Shown: piece by piece, positions 25,071 through 35,702 of the stretch
Layout: each line of letters starts with the position of its first letter
Numbering within the stretch: the first letter of the stretch is position 1
Assembly: GCA_003635185.1 (NCBI GenBank)
Contig: PYJA01000138.1
Location: 43,820-107,819, forward strand
Direction: 5' to 3'
Source: Candidatus Poribacteria bacterium
Lineage (GTDB): Bacteria; Poribacteria; WGA-4E; WGA-3G
Length of the DNA stretch: 64,000 nt
Translations under genes and position numbers: made by a program
Notes under the pieces: model-generated
What the model was told of the DNA's origin: nothing
Database searches by the model: none
Seen by the model: only the letters and a program-made list of their open reading frames with translations

Positions 25071-27322
25071 TTCAGGTGTCGGTGCAAAAAGCGAAATGTA
25101 TCTTGTGAATTAATCTGATGTCCACCATCAAAGAATTCAATCTCAGTCTTGTCCGCTATACCGAGACGAACATAGAGGCGGCGCACTCTTGCAAATTCAT
25201 GTGCAACCCACTCATCCGGTGCCACGCCATCATCGTGTCCGCGTTCCACCATAAACGGACGCGGCGCGATTAACCCCGCCATCTCCGCATAATTGAACGT
25301 GTTTCCTAAATCAAATTCTGGCATCTCATATTCACCTGTGAACATGTAGCTATAACGGGAGTCAAACGTAGCATTTTTGACAATCCACTCGTTGAAATCG
25401 GCTGAGCAGATTGAGCAGGCATATTTTTCAAGCACTGCTGGCACGCGCATAGCGGTTTTTCCACCGTAAGAGAGTCCATAAAATCCGATACGGTTTTCAT
25501 CAACAAACGGTAGTTCTGCTAACCAGTCAAGTGTGCGTTCATGTTGGCGGATAATCAACGAAAATAGCGACCACTTAATAGGATTTGCCTTACGTTGAAT
25601 GACACGGAAAGCATCCTGACCAATATATGGATTCTGTGGTGCATAAGTAATAAAACCTCTATCTGCCAACTGTGCTGCGTAAGAGTGATACACCGATTGG
25701 ATTTTTGGATCAGCAGTATCCTGCGGTCTGCCCTCTAAGCCGTGCTGACAAACAACAACCGGACGTTGTTCCCCTGGCGCAAGGTCGTTCGGAAGGAGCA
25801 AGATACCGTAAGCGAAGACATCTTTCCAAACATCAAGCACAACTTCATATCCCTTCCATTTGGGTTCATCATAAATCAGGCGCGTTCTCGGATTAGCAGG
25901 GATGTCGGGCAGGGGACACCGACCAATGACCTCATCCCAGAAATAGGTTTTTGCATCTGTGCATGTCTCTTCCCATTTCACCAACGAAGATGTATCCGTT
26001 TTATTCCAGAAAAATTCCTGCCGCCGCGTTGCTGCTTCCCGTAAAAAACGTTGTGTCAGATTCACAAGTTGCATAAACTGGTGTTGTTGCCGTGCCTCAT
26101 AATCAAAAGGTTCTGTAGCGTCTAATGTAAGAGATTGGTTTTTGTCAATATGGGCATTCTCAACGCCAAGACTCGTGAGAAAAGCAGTTAATGTTTCTGT
26201 GGAACCGGGTAATCTGTCTTCAGGACAAATTAAGTGTGTGTTGTCCTCACACCCAAGTTTTTGATAAACAGGACTCGCACAATTGAACTCTGCCTCTACC
26301 GATTCCAATGGTGGCGAGACAAGTTGCCCAGGTGCTGCCCCACCTCGACCATCACGTCTGGGCGGTGGTCCAGCGACCTCAGGTCCACGACTTGCTTCAA
26401 CAATTAACGTGCGCGGTGCAATGAGACTCGCAATTTCCGCATCCCCGAATTCATGGAGCAATCCCCAAACATTGCGATAAATCGGTTCGCGCCAAACTTC
26501 CTCGCGCGATTGGAAATACCCACTAACAACCGTTGCCTGAATTCGTGTGTCTACGGCAGCACTATGAAATGCAATCAATCCGCCTTCACCATAACCGATT
26601 ACCCCAATAGGTTCATCAAAAGAGGACATCCAGTCTACAAGCGATAAGACCTTCTGAACTTCATACCCGATAATATGTCTGCCTAATTGATATGCCATTC
26701 GGTAAATGAATTCACGATGCGGTTGGTTAGTAAACGCACCGATTTTCGGATTGCCAGAGTAGGTATCTTCACGATTGATAAGCAGTGGAACGACAACCCG
26801 ACATCCAGCGCTTGCTAAATGCTTTGCAAACTGTGCTGATGATGAGAGTTCATCGGTGATACCTGCAATCATCTCTGGAGTCCAATCCGCATCTGGCACT
26901 GCGACTACCTGAGCGATAACTGGGATGTTGTCATTTGGTTCTAACAGCAATCCTTCACCTTCTACCTCATCAAAAACCTGCCACCAGACGCGCGACACGG
27001 TGAAATTCTCACCTTCTGCAATATGCGCAGTGGCATTTGTCATCCCAAGGTATGCAAGCGAATTGATAGGCAGACGTTCATCATAACATCCAATCTGTTT
27101 TCTAAAACGTTGTCTGTTCAGTTCAACAGATTCGGTGTATGCTGTGTGGGAACTATAATCCCGATGCCACAAGGTCTCGCGCTTTTCTGCTGCAGTTTCT
27201 ATAGCACAGGTAACGTAATTATCAAGGTCTTCAACCATTTGTGCGGCAAGGTCACCTTCATAAGTCAAAGGTGTTGTGCCATGTAATCCTGGCGCGTCAC
27301 TTTTTGACATGATTTTTCTCAC
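25055..27322 (-). CDS. Tandem alpha/beta-hydrolase-fold protein (S9 peptidase / dienelactone-hydrolase-like)
   Basis: Two nucleophile-elbow motifs (GYGEGG and GLSYGG). 755 aa. No signal peptide seen. Confidence 0.5.
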   Translation of the reverse strand: MRKIMSKSDAPGLHGTTPLTYEGDLAAQMVEDLDNYVTCAIETAAEKRETLWHRDYSSHTAYTESVELNRQRFRKQIGCYDERLPINSLAYLGMTNATAHIAEGENFTVSRVWWQVFDEVEGEGLLLEPNDNIPVIAQVVAVPDADWTPEMIAGITDELSSSAQFAKHLASAGCRVVVPLLINREDTYSGNPKIGAFTNQPHREFIYRMAYQLGRHIIGYEVQKVLSLVDWMSSFDEPIGVIGYGEGGLIAFHSAAVDTRIQATVVSGYFQSREEVWREPIYRNVWGLLHEFGDAEIASLIAPRTLIVEASRGPEVAGPPPRRDGRGGAAPGQLVSPPLESVEAEFNCASPVYQKLGCEDNTHLICPEDRLPGSTETLTAFLTSLGVENAHIDKNQSLTLDATEPFDYEARQQHQFMQLVNLTQRFLREAATRRQEFFWNKTDTSSLVKWEETCTDAKTYFWDEVIGRCPLPDIPANPRTRLIYDEPKWKGYEVVLDVWKDVFAYGILLLPNDLAPGEQRPVVVCQHGLEGRPQDTADPKIQSVYHSYAAQLADRGFITYAPQNPYIGQDAFRVIQRKANPIKWSLFSLIIRQHERTLDWLAELPFVDENRIGFYGLSYGGKTAMRVPAVLEKYACSICSADFNEWIVKNATFDSRYSYMFTGEYEMPEFDLGNTFNYAEMAGLIAPRPFMVERGHDDGVAPDEWVAHEFARVRRLYVRLGIADKTEIEFFDGGHQINSQDTFRFLHRHLNWTQP

Positions 27323-27363
27323 TTATACAGATAAAAGCACACAGAAATTGCGTGCTTGCATAG

Positions 27364-28551
27364 TTATATGATTCCTTCCTGCTTTAACTCTTCCACTTCT
27401 TCGAAAGACATTTTCAGGACATCTGTCAATATCTCTATAGTGTGTTCTCCAAGACTGGGTGCGGGAGTATCTACATCGCCAGGTGTGTCGGAAAGTTTTA
27501 TTGGCACACCCGGCACCTCCACAACCCCCGTAACCTGATGCATCACTTGTGTAATCATCTCCCGTGCTTTGATTTGCGGATGATTAACAACTTTGTCAAT
27601 TGTGTTGATGGGACCACACGGCACACCGATTTTTTCAAGAGCCGAAATCCATTCATCAGTCGTGCGCTGCCGCATAATTTCAGAGAGAATAGGATATAAC
27701 TCACTATGGTTTGCTGTCCGTTCTGCGTTAGTGTTAAAACGTGGGTCAGAGATCAGATCCTCCCGATCTACATGCTCACAGAATTTTGCCCATAACGTAT
27801 CGTTACCGATAGCGATGATAATATGTCCATCTGCTGATCTAAACGCTTCAAATGGGGTTATTGCGGGATGTCGACTCCCAAGCGGTTGTGGGACATCATC
27901 TGTCGCAAAATAGCGCACAATTGCATTCTCCAATACTGCTACAAGACTATCCAACATTGCAACATCTACCAACTGCCCTTTTCCAGTCTGATTTCGGTGG
28001 TGCAGAGCAGACAGAATACCGATTGTCGTGAACAATGCAGCAGTGATGTCGCTAATAGATGTGCCGACGCGCACAGGAGGGCCATCTGGTTCACCCGTGA
28101 TGCTGATGATGCCTCCCATCCCTTGAATAATCATATCATAAGCACCCTGTTTTGCTAAAGGGCCGGTCTGTCCAAAACCGGAACATGCCGCGTAAATGAG
28201 CGACGGTTGTTCTGCTGCAAGCGTACCATAATCTAAACCGAGTTTTTTCATCGTGCCTGGACGGAAATTTTCTACTAAAATGTCGCTCTGTTTAACAAGT
28301 TGCTTGAATATGGCTTTTCCACGTTCGGTTTTGAGATTGAGTGTTATACTCTGTTTTCCGCGATTTACACTCATGAAGTAGAGGCTAAATCCGTTTTTAA
28401 ATGGTCCGAAATTGCGCGATTCATCTCCAACACCCGGTTGTTCAATTTTAATCACCTCAGCCCCAAGGTCACTTAGGATCATTGTTGTATAAGGTCCCGC
28501 AAGCACTCTCGTTAAATCCAGTACCTTTATGCCGTCTAATGGACCTGCCAT
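27364..28551 (-). CDS. Family III CoA-transferase (CaiB/BaiF/Frc-like)
   Basis: N-terminus LDGIKVLDLTRVLAGPYTTMILSDLGAEVIKIE is canonical for this family. Confidence 0.8.
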   Translation of the reverse strand: MAGPLDGIKVLDLTRVLAGPYTTMILSDLGAEVIKIEQPGVGDESRNFGPFKNGFSLYFMSVNRGKQSITLNLKTERGKAIFKQLVKQSDILVENFRPGTMKKLGLDYGTLAAEQPSLIYAACSGFGQTGPLAKQGAYDMIIQGMGGIISITGEPDGPPVRVGTSISDITAALFTTIGILSALHHRNQTGKGQLVDVAMLDSLVAVLENAIVRYFATDDVPQPLGSRHPAITPFEAFRSADGHIIIAIGNDTLWAKFCEHVDREDLISDPRFNTNAERTANHSELYPILSEIMRQRTTDEWISALEKIGVPCGPINTIDKVVNHPQIKAREMITQVMHQVTGVVEVPGVPIKLSDTPGDVDTPAPSLGEHTIEILTDVLKMSFEEVEELKQEGII

Positions 28552-28692
28552 GTAATTGTTCCTTTGTCTGCGAAAAAGTTGCTTTTCTAATGCACACGTG
28601 CTAAAATGAAATCACATTATATGTTAGCAACAAATAGCCTCTATGTCTACATGTTTTCAATAACGACTGATGTAGCTTGAAGGAGAATATCA

Positions 28693-29769
28693 ATGGATAA
28701 ACTAAAAATCGCACATATTGGGACAGGTAATCGCGGTTCCAATACATACCTTCCACTGATAGCAAAATTAAAAGATGACTTAGAACTCGTTGCCGTGTGT
28801 GATACACACGAGGGGAGAGTCAAAGCGCAGGGCGAAAAGTATCAAGTGCCTGCCTATACCGATACTGAGCAGATGTTGGAGACAGAAAAACCAGACATCA
28901 GCTCTATTGTTATCACACCGAGTAACAACCATATTCCGGGGATCCTCTGTTCACAGCATGGTGTCAGTTATTGCACAGAAACGCCTATTAACACCGACCT
29001 CAAACGCGCAGATATGATGATAGAAGCAGCCAAAGAACACAACACAAAGTTGGAGGTTAACGAAAACTATTATCGCCGCCCATCAGAACGTATTAAACGA
29101 GCAATGATCCTTGAAGGAATCTTTGGCAAAGTGAATATTGCCCATAACGATTTCCGCGGGCACGGTTATCACGGTATTGGTCTTATACGGAGTTATGTCG
29201 GGTTTGACAACGAACCGGTGCAGGTTTACGGTTTTAATAAATCGTTTAACGTGCAGGATCACGTATGGCGAAAAGGACAACCCCGACGTAAGAAAGAGGA
29301 TTGGTTACATTCAGTCATTGAATTCGCTGACGGCGCAGTAGGGATTTTCAATTTCAGCAGTCTCTCTTACGGTTCACCGCTCCGTGGATTTAATGGAACA
29401 AAATTCTATGCTGAGCGCGGGATGTGTTTCCGGGATGATGCTGTTATCTTGAACGATGAGGCGGATGAGCAACGTCCGGTTACGATTACACGTAAAACCA
29501 ATAACGTTGGCGGTTATGAAACGCTTGCTGCCCTTGTTACTGACACAAATCCCGAAGTTGTGTGGGAGAACCCATTGCAGAATTATCCACTCAGTGATGG
29601 TGAGATCACTGTCGCATCAGAATTGATGAGCATCGCAAATGCTGTGCGAAATGATACTGAACCGGAATATGGTGCATACAATGGACGCAAAGATAGAGAA
29701 ATTGATGTTGCTATGGGACGTTCATGCTCAAATAACGGTGCACCAGTAACATTTCCATTTGAGTACTAA
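28693..29769 (+). CDS. Gfo/Idh/MocA-family oxidoreductase
   Basis: N-terminus MDKLKIAHIGTGNRG and the ExP motif (CTETP). Confidence 0.7.
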   Translation: MDKLKIAHIGTGNRGSNTYLPLIAKLKDDLELVAVCDTHEGRVKAQGEKYQVPAYTDTEQMLETEKPDISSIVITPSNNHIPGILCSQHGVSYCTETPINTDLKRADMMIEAAKEHNTKLEVNENYYRRPSERIKRAMILEGIFGKVNIAHNDFRGHGYHGIGLIRSYVGFDNEPVQVYGFNKSFNVQDHVWRKGQPRRKKEDWLHSVIEFADGAVGIFNFSSLSYGSPLRGFNGTKFYAERGMCFRDDAVILNDEADEQRPVTITRKTNNVGGYETLAALVTDTNPEVVWENPLQNYPLSDGEITVASELMSIANAVRNDTEPEYGAYNGRKDREIDVAMGRSCSNNGAPVTFPFEY

Positions 29770-29881
29770 ACAAAGAAATGTTCCATACTGTAGCGTGGCT
29801 TATAGAGATTTTCCTTGTTATCAACGGCATATTTGGGTATACTTTAGAGATAGCTTAATATTATTGGAGGATCAAGAGGTG

Positions 29882-30766
29882 ATGAAATATTTTCGATCGA
29901 TTTTTGTTTTACTGCTTATATTAGGTGCGCCCCTACTCGCTAACGAATGGGCGACCTACTACTTTCCAGGCAAAGTTGGCAGTTCCTGGATTTATGAAGA
30001 TCAAGATGGCAACGAATTAACGCGCTACGCTGTTGAAGAAAAAAATGTTGAAGGCAATACGTTTCGCGCTTTCGAGTATGAACCTGAGATAGATGATTGG
30101 GAAAAATATATGTATGCTGTGCAACCTTTTTTGTATCAAGTCGGGGATGAATGGGTTGCTTTCTACGTTGGAGATGATATAGAAAACGCGACCGAGTCAA
30201 TCCTGAGTAAAAAACTTGACGAAACCCTTGCGATGATTCGTCAACAAACTGCAGGACAACTCCCTCCCGGTGTCACAATTGATTTTGACTATACTATTGA
30301 CCCCAAAGCACAAGATTATTTTTACCTATTTCCAACACCTATTGCATATAATGAAGAATGGGTCGCTATGGAATTAGATGTAAAAGTAGGGATGACCATG
30401 GACATTCAAGGAGCACCCGTTGAAATTCCTGCAGCACTTAAAACCGTTTCTTCTACGACAAATATTGTAGAAACAGGGAACGTTATTGGAAAAGAAACTG
30501 TTGAAACTGAAGCAGGGACTTTTGAAGAGTGCTTAAAAATTGAATATAGAACCAAAACAACCGTAGACACAGAACTCCCTCCCGAATACAAGCAGCTTCT
30601 CCCTGAGCAACAAACTAATGAGTCTGTTTCAACCTTGTGGTTAGCCCCTAATATCGGGATTGTCAAATTCAAGAGTGAACAGGAGAATTCAGATGAGGTG
30701 AAAACACTTGAATTAAAAAGCTACGAAATCCAATCTGATGAATCCGAAAACGGAGAAAGTAAATAA
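29882..30766 (+). CDS. Secreted protein, lineage-specific paralog family (member 1 of the tandem array)
   Basis: Signal peptide MKYFRSIFVLLLILGAPLLA with GGAGG RBS. Family blocks [68 protein letters not shown]. Confidence 0.6.
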   Translation: MKYFRSIFVLLLILGAPLLANEWATYYFPGKVGSSWIYEDQDGNELTRYAVEEKNVEGNTFRAFEYEPEIDDWEKYMYAVQPFLYQVGDEWVAFYVGDDIENATESILSKKLDETLAMIRQQTAGQLPPGVTIDFDYTIDPKAQDYFYLFPTPIAYNEEWVAMELDVKVGMTMDIQGAPVEIPAALKTVSSTTNIVETGNVIGKETVETEAGTFEECLKIEYRTKTTVDTELPPEYKQLLPEQQTNESVSTLWLAPNIGIVKFKSEQENSDEVKTLELKSYEIQSDESENGESK

Positions 30767-30826
30767 TCTGCGGGACCTGCTCGGACTGCTGTCAGATTGA
30801 TGATTCTTTATAAGGTGACATTCCGC

Positions 30827-31792
30827 ATGTTGAAAAAACTGTTTCCTTTCTTGATATTTTCTCTAACTTTTTATTTCAGTACGACTCTAATAGGAAACGA
30901 ATCCACGCAAAAGTATTTTCCAAGTACGCTTGATAGTTTTTGGGTTTATGAAGACCAAGGTGGGAACGAGTTCACACGTCGTGTGATTCAAGGAGAAGAA
31001 ATTGCGGGGAAGACATATTACGGTATCAGTTACGAACCTGTGTCAGAAGATTGGGCAGATTTTAACCGTTACATGCATCTTTCTCTGTTTAATATTGGGG
31101 AGGAATGGATAACGTTTTTTGTAGAAGATGAAATAAAAAAGGCCGTCATGGCACGCTTAACCAAAGAGATGGAAATTTTCTCTAAATTGGCAAAGAGTTC
31201 TTTAGAAAACAACACCCCACCCGAACTCAACCTTACTGTTGACTTCAACTATCATGTGGATGTAGAAGCAAAAGACGAATTCAATTTACTTCCGATCCAA
31301 GCAACTCCGGATGTAGAATGGGACACAACACAAATTAATGCCAAAATCACCATGAAGTTCGACATACAAGGATTGCCAGACTTCCAGGGTGCTGCAGAAA
31401 TGCCTGAATTCACACTTGATTTTACTATCCTTGAAACGGGAAAAATCCTCGGCACAGAAACTGTTGAAGTGGCCGCTGGGACGTTTAAAGATTGTCTGAA
31501 AATCGAGTATCGAACGAAAACAGAAATGACAGCATCCCAACCAACAGCAACGGGCGACTTACCGGGAGAATCGGTTACGACTTTATGGTTTGCACCCAAT
31601 GTTGGAATTGTCAAATTTCACCAACAATCTGATAAGATTTTTCTCAATTTGATGTCAGATAGAGATGCCGTTGATGCGACAATGTCTGATGAAGAAGCTG
31701 CAGAGATTACTGCTCCTTCGGTCAAGACTTATGAATTAAAGAGATACCAAATAGTGTCTGAAGTTTTACTAAACGATGACAACAAAAAATAA
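30827..31792 (+). CDS. Secreted protein, same paralog family (member 2)
   Basis: Signal peptide MLKKLFPFLIFSLTFYFSTTLIG. Blocks [60 protein letters not shown]. Confidence 0.6.
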   Translation: MLKKLFPFLIFSLTFYFSTTLIGNESTQKYFPSTLDSFWVYEDQGGNEFTRRVIQGEEIAGKTYYGISYEPVSEDWADFNRYMHLSLFNIGEEWITFFVEDEIKKAVMARLTKEMEIFSKLAKSSLENNTPPELNLTVDFNYHVDVEAKDEFNLLPIQATPDVEWDTTQINAKITMKFDIQGLPDFQGAAEMPEFTLDFTILETGKILGTETVEVAAGTFKDCLKIEYRTKTEMTASQPTATGDLPGESVTTLWFAPNVGIVKFHQQSDKIFLNLMSDRDAVDATMSDEEAAEITAPSVKTYELKRYQIVSEVLLNDDNKK

Positions 31793-31840
31793 ATAATTTT
31801 TAGACTTATACCAACCAGAAAACAGATATGGAGGGTTCTC

Positions 31841-32737
31841 ATGTTAAAAAGATTTTGTCCGGTATTGATATTACTTTTAGCCTTTGGTTTTAGCACAACC
31901 TTGTTAGGGAACGAGTCAGTGCAGAAATATTTTCCTGGCACATTAGATAGTTTTTGGGTTTATGAAGACCAGGATGGAAATGAGTTAACACGTTATTCAA
32001 TTGAAGATGAAGAAATTGCCGGTGAAACGTATCTTTCTTTTAGTTATGACCCTGAGTTAGAAGATTGGGCGAATTATAGTTGTTTTATTCATCCGGGGTT
32101 ATATAATGTGAATGATGAAGGGATCACCCTTGTTGTTGGCGACGCGGTAGAAAATGCCGTCGAAGCGCGTCTTAAAAGGGAAATGGATATGTTCGTCGAA
32201 ATTTTTAAACGAGAAATTTTTAGCCAAGCACCGCCAGGTGTAGAAATGCCCACCTTTAATTTAGATGTTGAGACACAAGGACAAGATTTTTTACTGCTAC
32301 CTGAAAATGTTGTAGTGGATGAAGAATGGGACGCAAACCAAGTCAAAGTCAATGCTAAGATGATCATGGAAGGGGCGGGCGCTTCAGAGAATGAACAATT
32401 GGGGATGGATTTCACGATAATAGAAACAGGAATTGTGCTCGGCACTGAAACTGTTGAAACGATTGCTGGGACATTTGAAGACTGTTTGAAAGTTGAATAT
32501 CGTACAGAAACAACCGTAACGCCTCCACCTGATGAAGTAGCACCGCCAGGCGAAACCGTAACGACAGTTTGGTTTGCACCTAATGTTGGAATCATAAAAT
32601 TACATCAAAAATCGGGATACATGATCTTAGACATGTTACCAGATGATGTCGCTTTACCACCTAATCAGGAAAAGACATTGGAATTAAAGAGATATGAAAT
32701 CAAAACCGCTGAATCGGAAAGTGATACTGAGAATTAA
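31841..32737 (+). CDS. Secreted protein, same paralog family (member 3)
   Basis: Signal peptide MLKRFCPVLILLLAFGFSTTLLG. Same conserved blocks. GGAGGG RBS. Confidence 0.6.
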   Translation: MLKRFCPVLILLLAFGFSTTLLGNESVQKYFPGTLDSFWVYEDQDGNELTRYSIEDEEIAGETYLSFSYDPELEDWANYSCFIHPGLYNVNDEGITLVVGDAVENAVEARLKREMDMFVEIFKREIFSQAPPGVEMPTFNLDVETQGQDFLLLPENVVVDEEWDANQVKVNAKMIMEGAGASENEQLGMDFTIIETGIVLGTETVETIAGTFEDCLKVEYRTETTVTPPPDEVAPPGETVTTVWFAPNVGIIKLHQKSGYMILDMLPDDVALPPNQEKTLELKRYEIKTAESESDTEN

Positions 32738-32784
32738 TATACAAGAAGTCAGACATCACCTTCAACTCAATTGGAGAAAATATC

Positions 32785-35478
32785 ATGTTAAAAAGACTGA
32801 ACATCATTTTAATACTTTTATTCGCCTTTAGCTTTAGTGGGACACTGCTGGCAGATGAATCTGCAAATAAATATTTTCCATCAGCGCTTGGAAGTTTTTG
32901 GGTTTATGAAGACCAAGATGGTAACGAGTTGACGCGTAAGGCGATTGAAGGCGAAGAAATTGCAGGTAAGACTTATCCAGCGTTCAGCTATGAACCTGAG
33001 TTAGAGGATTGGGCAGAATATAGTTGGTTTATTCGCCCTCCTTTGTATCAAGTGAGTAATGCTGGTATCACACTTGTTGTTAGCGATGAGGTTGAAAAAG
33101 CAGTTAAAGCACGCCTTAAGAAAGAGGTAGGTATTCTCACTGATGCAATAAAACGGGATGCTCCAGTGGACGTAGGTATTGACGCTGATATTAAGGTACA
33201 GGGACAAAACCAGTTATTCCTCCTCCCCGACACTATTACTTTCAATGAGGAGTGGGACGTTAACCAGATTGAAGCAAACGTCAAGATGAAATTTCTGGGT
33301 GGAGGTGCCCCAGAAGATCAACCATTGGTAATTGATTTCACGATTTTAGAAACAGCAATTATCTCTGGTACTGAAACTGTTGAAACACCTGCTGGAAAGT
33401 TTGAAGACTGCCTGAAAGTTGAATATCGTACAGAAACTACTGCAGCAATGACACCTGCCCCGCCACCCGATGAAGTAGACCCGCCAGGAGAAACCGTAAC
33501 GACTGTATGGTATGCGCCAAATGTCGGAATTGTCCAATTTCGTCAGGAAACGAATTACATTTTCTTAGAAATGATTCCAGACGATGAAGACCTTCCTGTG
33601 CCACCTGGACCTAAAACGAAAACATTTAAATTAAAGAGATATGAAATCAAATCGGGTAATTTTGAAGGTGTTGAGAAAAAATCTATTACGACACCCAAGC
33701 CACTAAAAGATGATACCGAAAAAGGAAAAACTAAAACAAGTAACGCACAATCCCCGAATTATTTTCCCGGCACATTAGATAGTTTTTGGATTTACGAAGA
33801 CCAAGACGGTAATGAGTTAACGCGCCATGCAATTGAAGGTGAGGAAATTGCTGGTAAAACTTATCCTGCATTCAGTTATGAACCGGAGTTAGAGGATTGG
33901 ACGAAATATAGTCCTTTTATTCGTCCTTCTCTATACCAAGTGAGTGAGGTAGGGCTAACGCTTGTTGTCAGTGATGAGGTGAAAAAAGCTGTCAAAGCAC
34001 GCCTAAAAAAAGAGATAGATACTTTCGTCCAAACGGCAAATGCTGAAGCAGGAGGCCCTGATTATGATTGGAATGTAGAGATTGAGGTAAAGATAAAAGA
34101 CAATTTGTTACTTTTACCCGATGCTATTAATGTCAATGAAGAGTGGGATGCGAACCAGATTAAAGCCAACGTGAAGTTAACCGATATAATTGATGATGTT
34201 CCGGATGAAGATGATCCATTCTATTTAGATTTCACCATCGTCGAAACAGGGATTGTATTAGGCATGGAAACTATTGAAACACCTGCTGGAATATTTGAAG
34301 ACTGTCTCAAAGTTGAATATCGCACAGAAACAACAGTAGTATTTGACCCTCATGAGGATGCAGATCCACCTGGTGAAACTGTAACAACAGTATGGTTTGC
34401 TCCCAATGTCGGAATCGTAAAATTACATCAAAAAGTGAAATACATTTTTTTAGAGTTGATCCCAGATGATGCTGATTTTCCAATGCCTCCTGACCCTAAA
34501 CCGAAAACATTTGAATTAAAGAAATATGAAATCAAATCTGCTGATACTGAAAGCAGCAAAAGTAATTCAAAGGCTGCTGTAAAATCGGCAGAAGACAAAG
34601 TTGAAACTAAAAAAGCAAAACCTTCATCAGATGGCGCGCAGCGTTCAAATTATTTTCCAAGCACTTTAGGGAGTTTTTGGATTTATGAAGACCAGGATGG
34701 TAACGAATTGACGCGTCATGCAATTGAAGGTGAAGAGATTGCAGGTAAAACTTATCCTGCATTCAGTTATGAACCGGAGTTAGAGGACTGGGCAGAATAT
34801 AATCCTTTTATTCGACCATCCCTATTTAACAGAAGTGATGCTGGAATCAAACTCATTGTCAAGGATGAGGTTGAAAAAGCAGTTAAAGCACGCCTAAAAA
34901 AAGAGATGGATATTTTAGTCAAGGGAATGAAAGAACAAGTTCCACCAGAGGTAGGTATCCCTCCCGACTTTGATTTGAATGTTGATATTGAGGTGAAGGG
35001 AAAAGAAATTTTTTTTCTGCTACCTGAAACTGTTGAAAACAATGAAGAATGGGATGTCAATCAGATTGCTGCCAACGTAAAATTAACCTTTGAGGGTGAG
35101 GGAATTCCAGCCGGAGAACAAGCAGCAATGAATTTTACGATTATAGAAACAGGAATTGTTTTAGGCACAGAAGTTGTTGAAACTGCTTCTGCCGGTAAAT
35201 TTGAAGATTGCCTAAAAGTTGAATACCGCACAGAAACAACAGCGGTGTTTACTCCTGATGACGCTGATGGTATGGATCCTCCTGGTGAAACCGTAACGAC
35301 AGTTTGGTTTGCTCCCAACGTCGGAATCGTAAAATTACATCAAAAATCGGGGCACACCTTCTTAGATATGTTCCCGGATGATTCTTCTTATGTTTTTCCA
35401 CTTAAGAAAGAAAAGACCTTTGAATTAAAGAAATATGAAATCAAATCTGAAGAACCGGAAAATGAGGTAAGCAATTAA
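32785..35478 (+). CDS. Secreted protein, same paralog family: three tandem copies of the family domain fused in one 897-aa ORF (member 4)
   Basis: One signal peptide, then three about 270-aa units each containing [65 protein letters not shown] and K.YEIKS. Internal units share long identical stretches (ELTRHAIEGEEIAGKTYPAFSYEPELEDW). Confidence 0.6.
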   Translation: MLKRLNIILILLFAFSFSGTLLADESANKYFPSALGSFWVYEDQDGNELTRKAIEGEEIAGKTYPAFSYEPELEDWAEYSWFIRPPLYQVSNAGITLVVSDEVEKAVKARLKKEVGILTDAIKRDAPVDVGIDADIKVQGQNQLFLLPDTITFNEEWDVNQIEANVKMKFLGGGAPEDQPLVIDFTILETAIISGTETVETPAGKFEDCLKVEYRTETTAAMTPAPPPDEVDPPGETVTTVWYAPNVGIVQFRQETNYIFLEMIPDDEDLPVPPGPKTKTFKLKRYEIKSGNFEGVEKKSITTPKPLKDDTEKGKTKTSNAQSPNYFPGTLDSFWIYEDQDGNELTRHAIEGEEIAGKTYPAFSYEPELEDWTKYSPFIRPSLYQVSEVGLTLVVSDEVKKAVKARLKKEIDTFVQTANAEAGGPDYDWNVEIEVKIKDNLLLLPDAINVNEEWDANQIKANVKLTDIIDDVPDEDDPFYLDFTIVETGIVLGMETIETPAGIFEDCLKVEYRTETTVVFDPHEDADPPGETVTTVWFAPNVGIVKLHQKVKYIFLELIPDDADFPMPPDPKPKTFELKKYEIKSADTESSKSNSKAAVKSAEDKVETKKAKPSSDGAQRSNYFPSTLGSFWIYEDQDGNELTRHAIEGEEIAGKTYPAFSYEPELEDWAEYNPFIRPSLFNRSDAGIKLIVKDEVEKAVKARLKKEMDILVKGMKEQVPPEVGIPPDFDLNVDIEVKGKEIFFLLPETVENNEEWDVNQIAANVKLTFEGEGIPAGEQAAMNFTIIETGIVLGTEVVETASAGKFEDCLKVEYRTETTAVFTPDDADGMDPPGETVTTVWFAPNVGIVKLHQKSGHTFLDMFPDDSSYVFPLKKEKTFELKKYEIKSEEPENEVSN

Positions 35479-35510
35479 TAGTATCAGACACATCATTTGT
35501 TCCTTAAACT

Positions 35511-35600
35511 TATATCTAACGTGAGTTTGATAAAAGCCTATTGTAGAGCAAACTTTCCAGTTTGCGCCATAGCACACAAACTGGAAAGTTTGATGCTCAA
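35511..35600. repeat. Family H TIR fragment plus family G REP-like hairpin pair
   Basis: AACGTGAGTTTGATAAAAG, then GCAAACTTTCCAGTTTGC..CACAAACTGGAAAGTTTGATGCTCAAG. Confidence 0.45.
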
Positions 35601-35702
35601 GAACCGCAAGGTGGGTCTTCGGAGAAAAGACCTATTATTGAGCTGATGTCATTTATTATCAAACTGGTGTTAAATCTATAATTGTCAATTAAAGGAGTTA
35701 TT

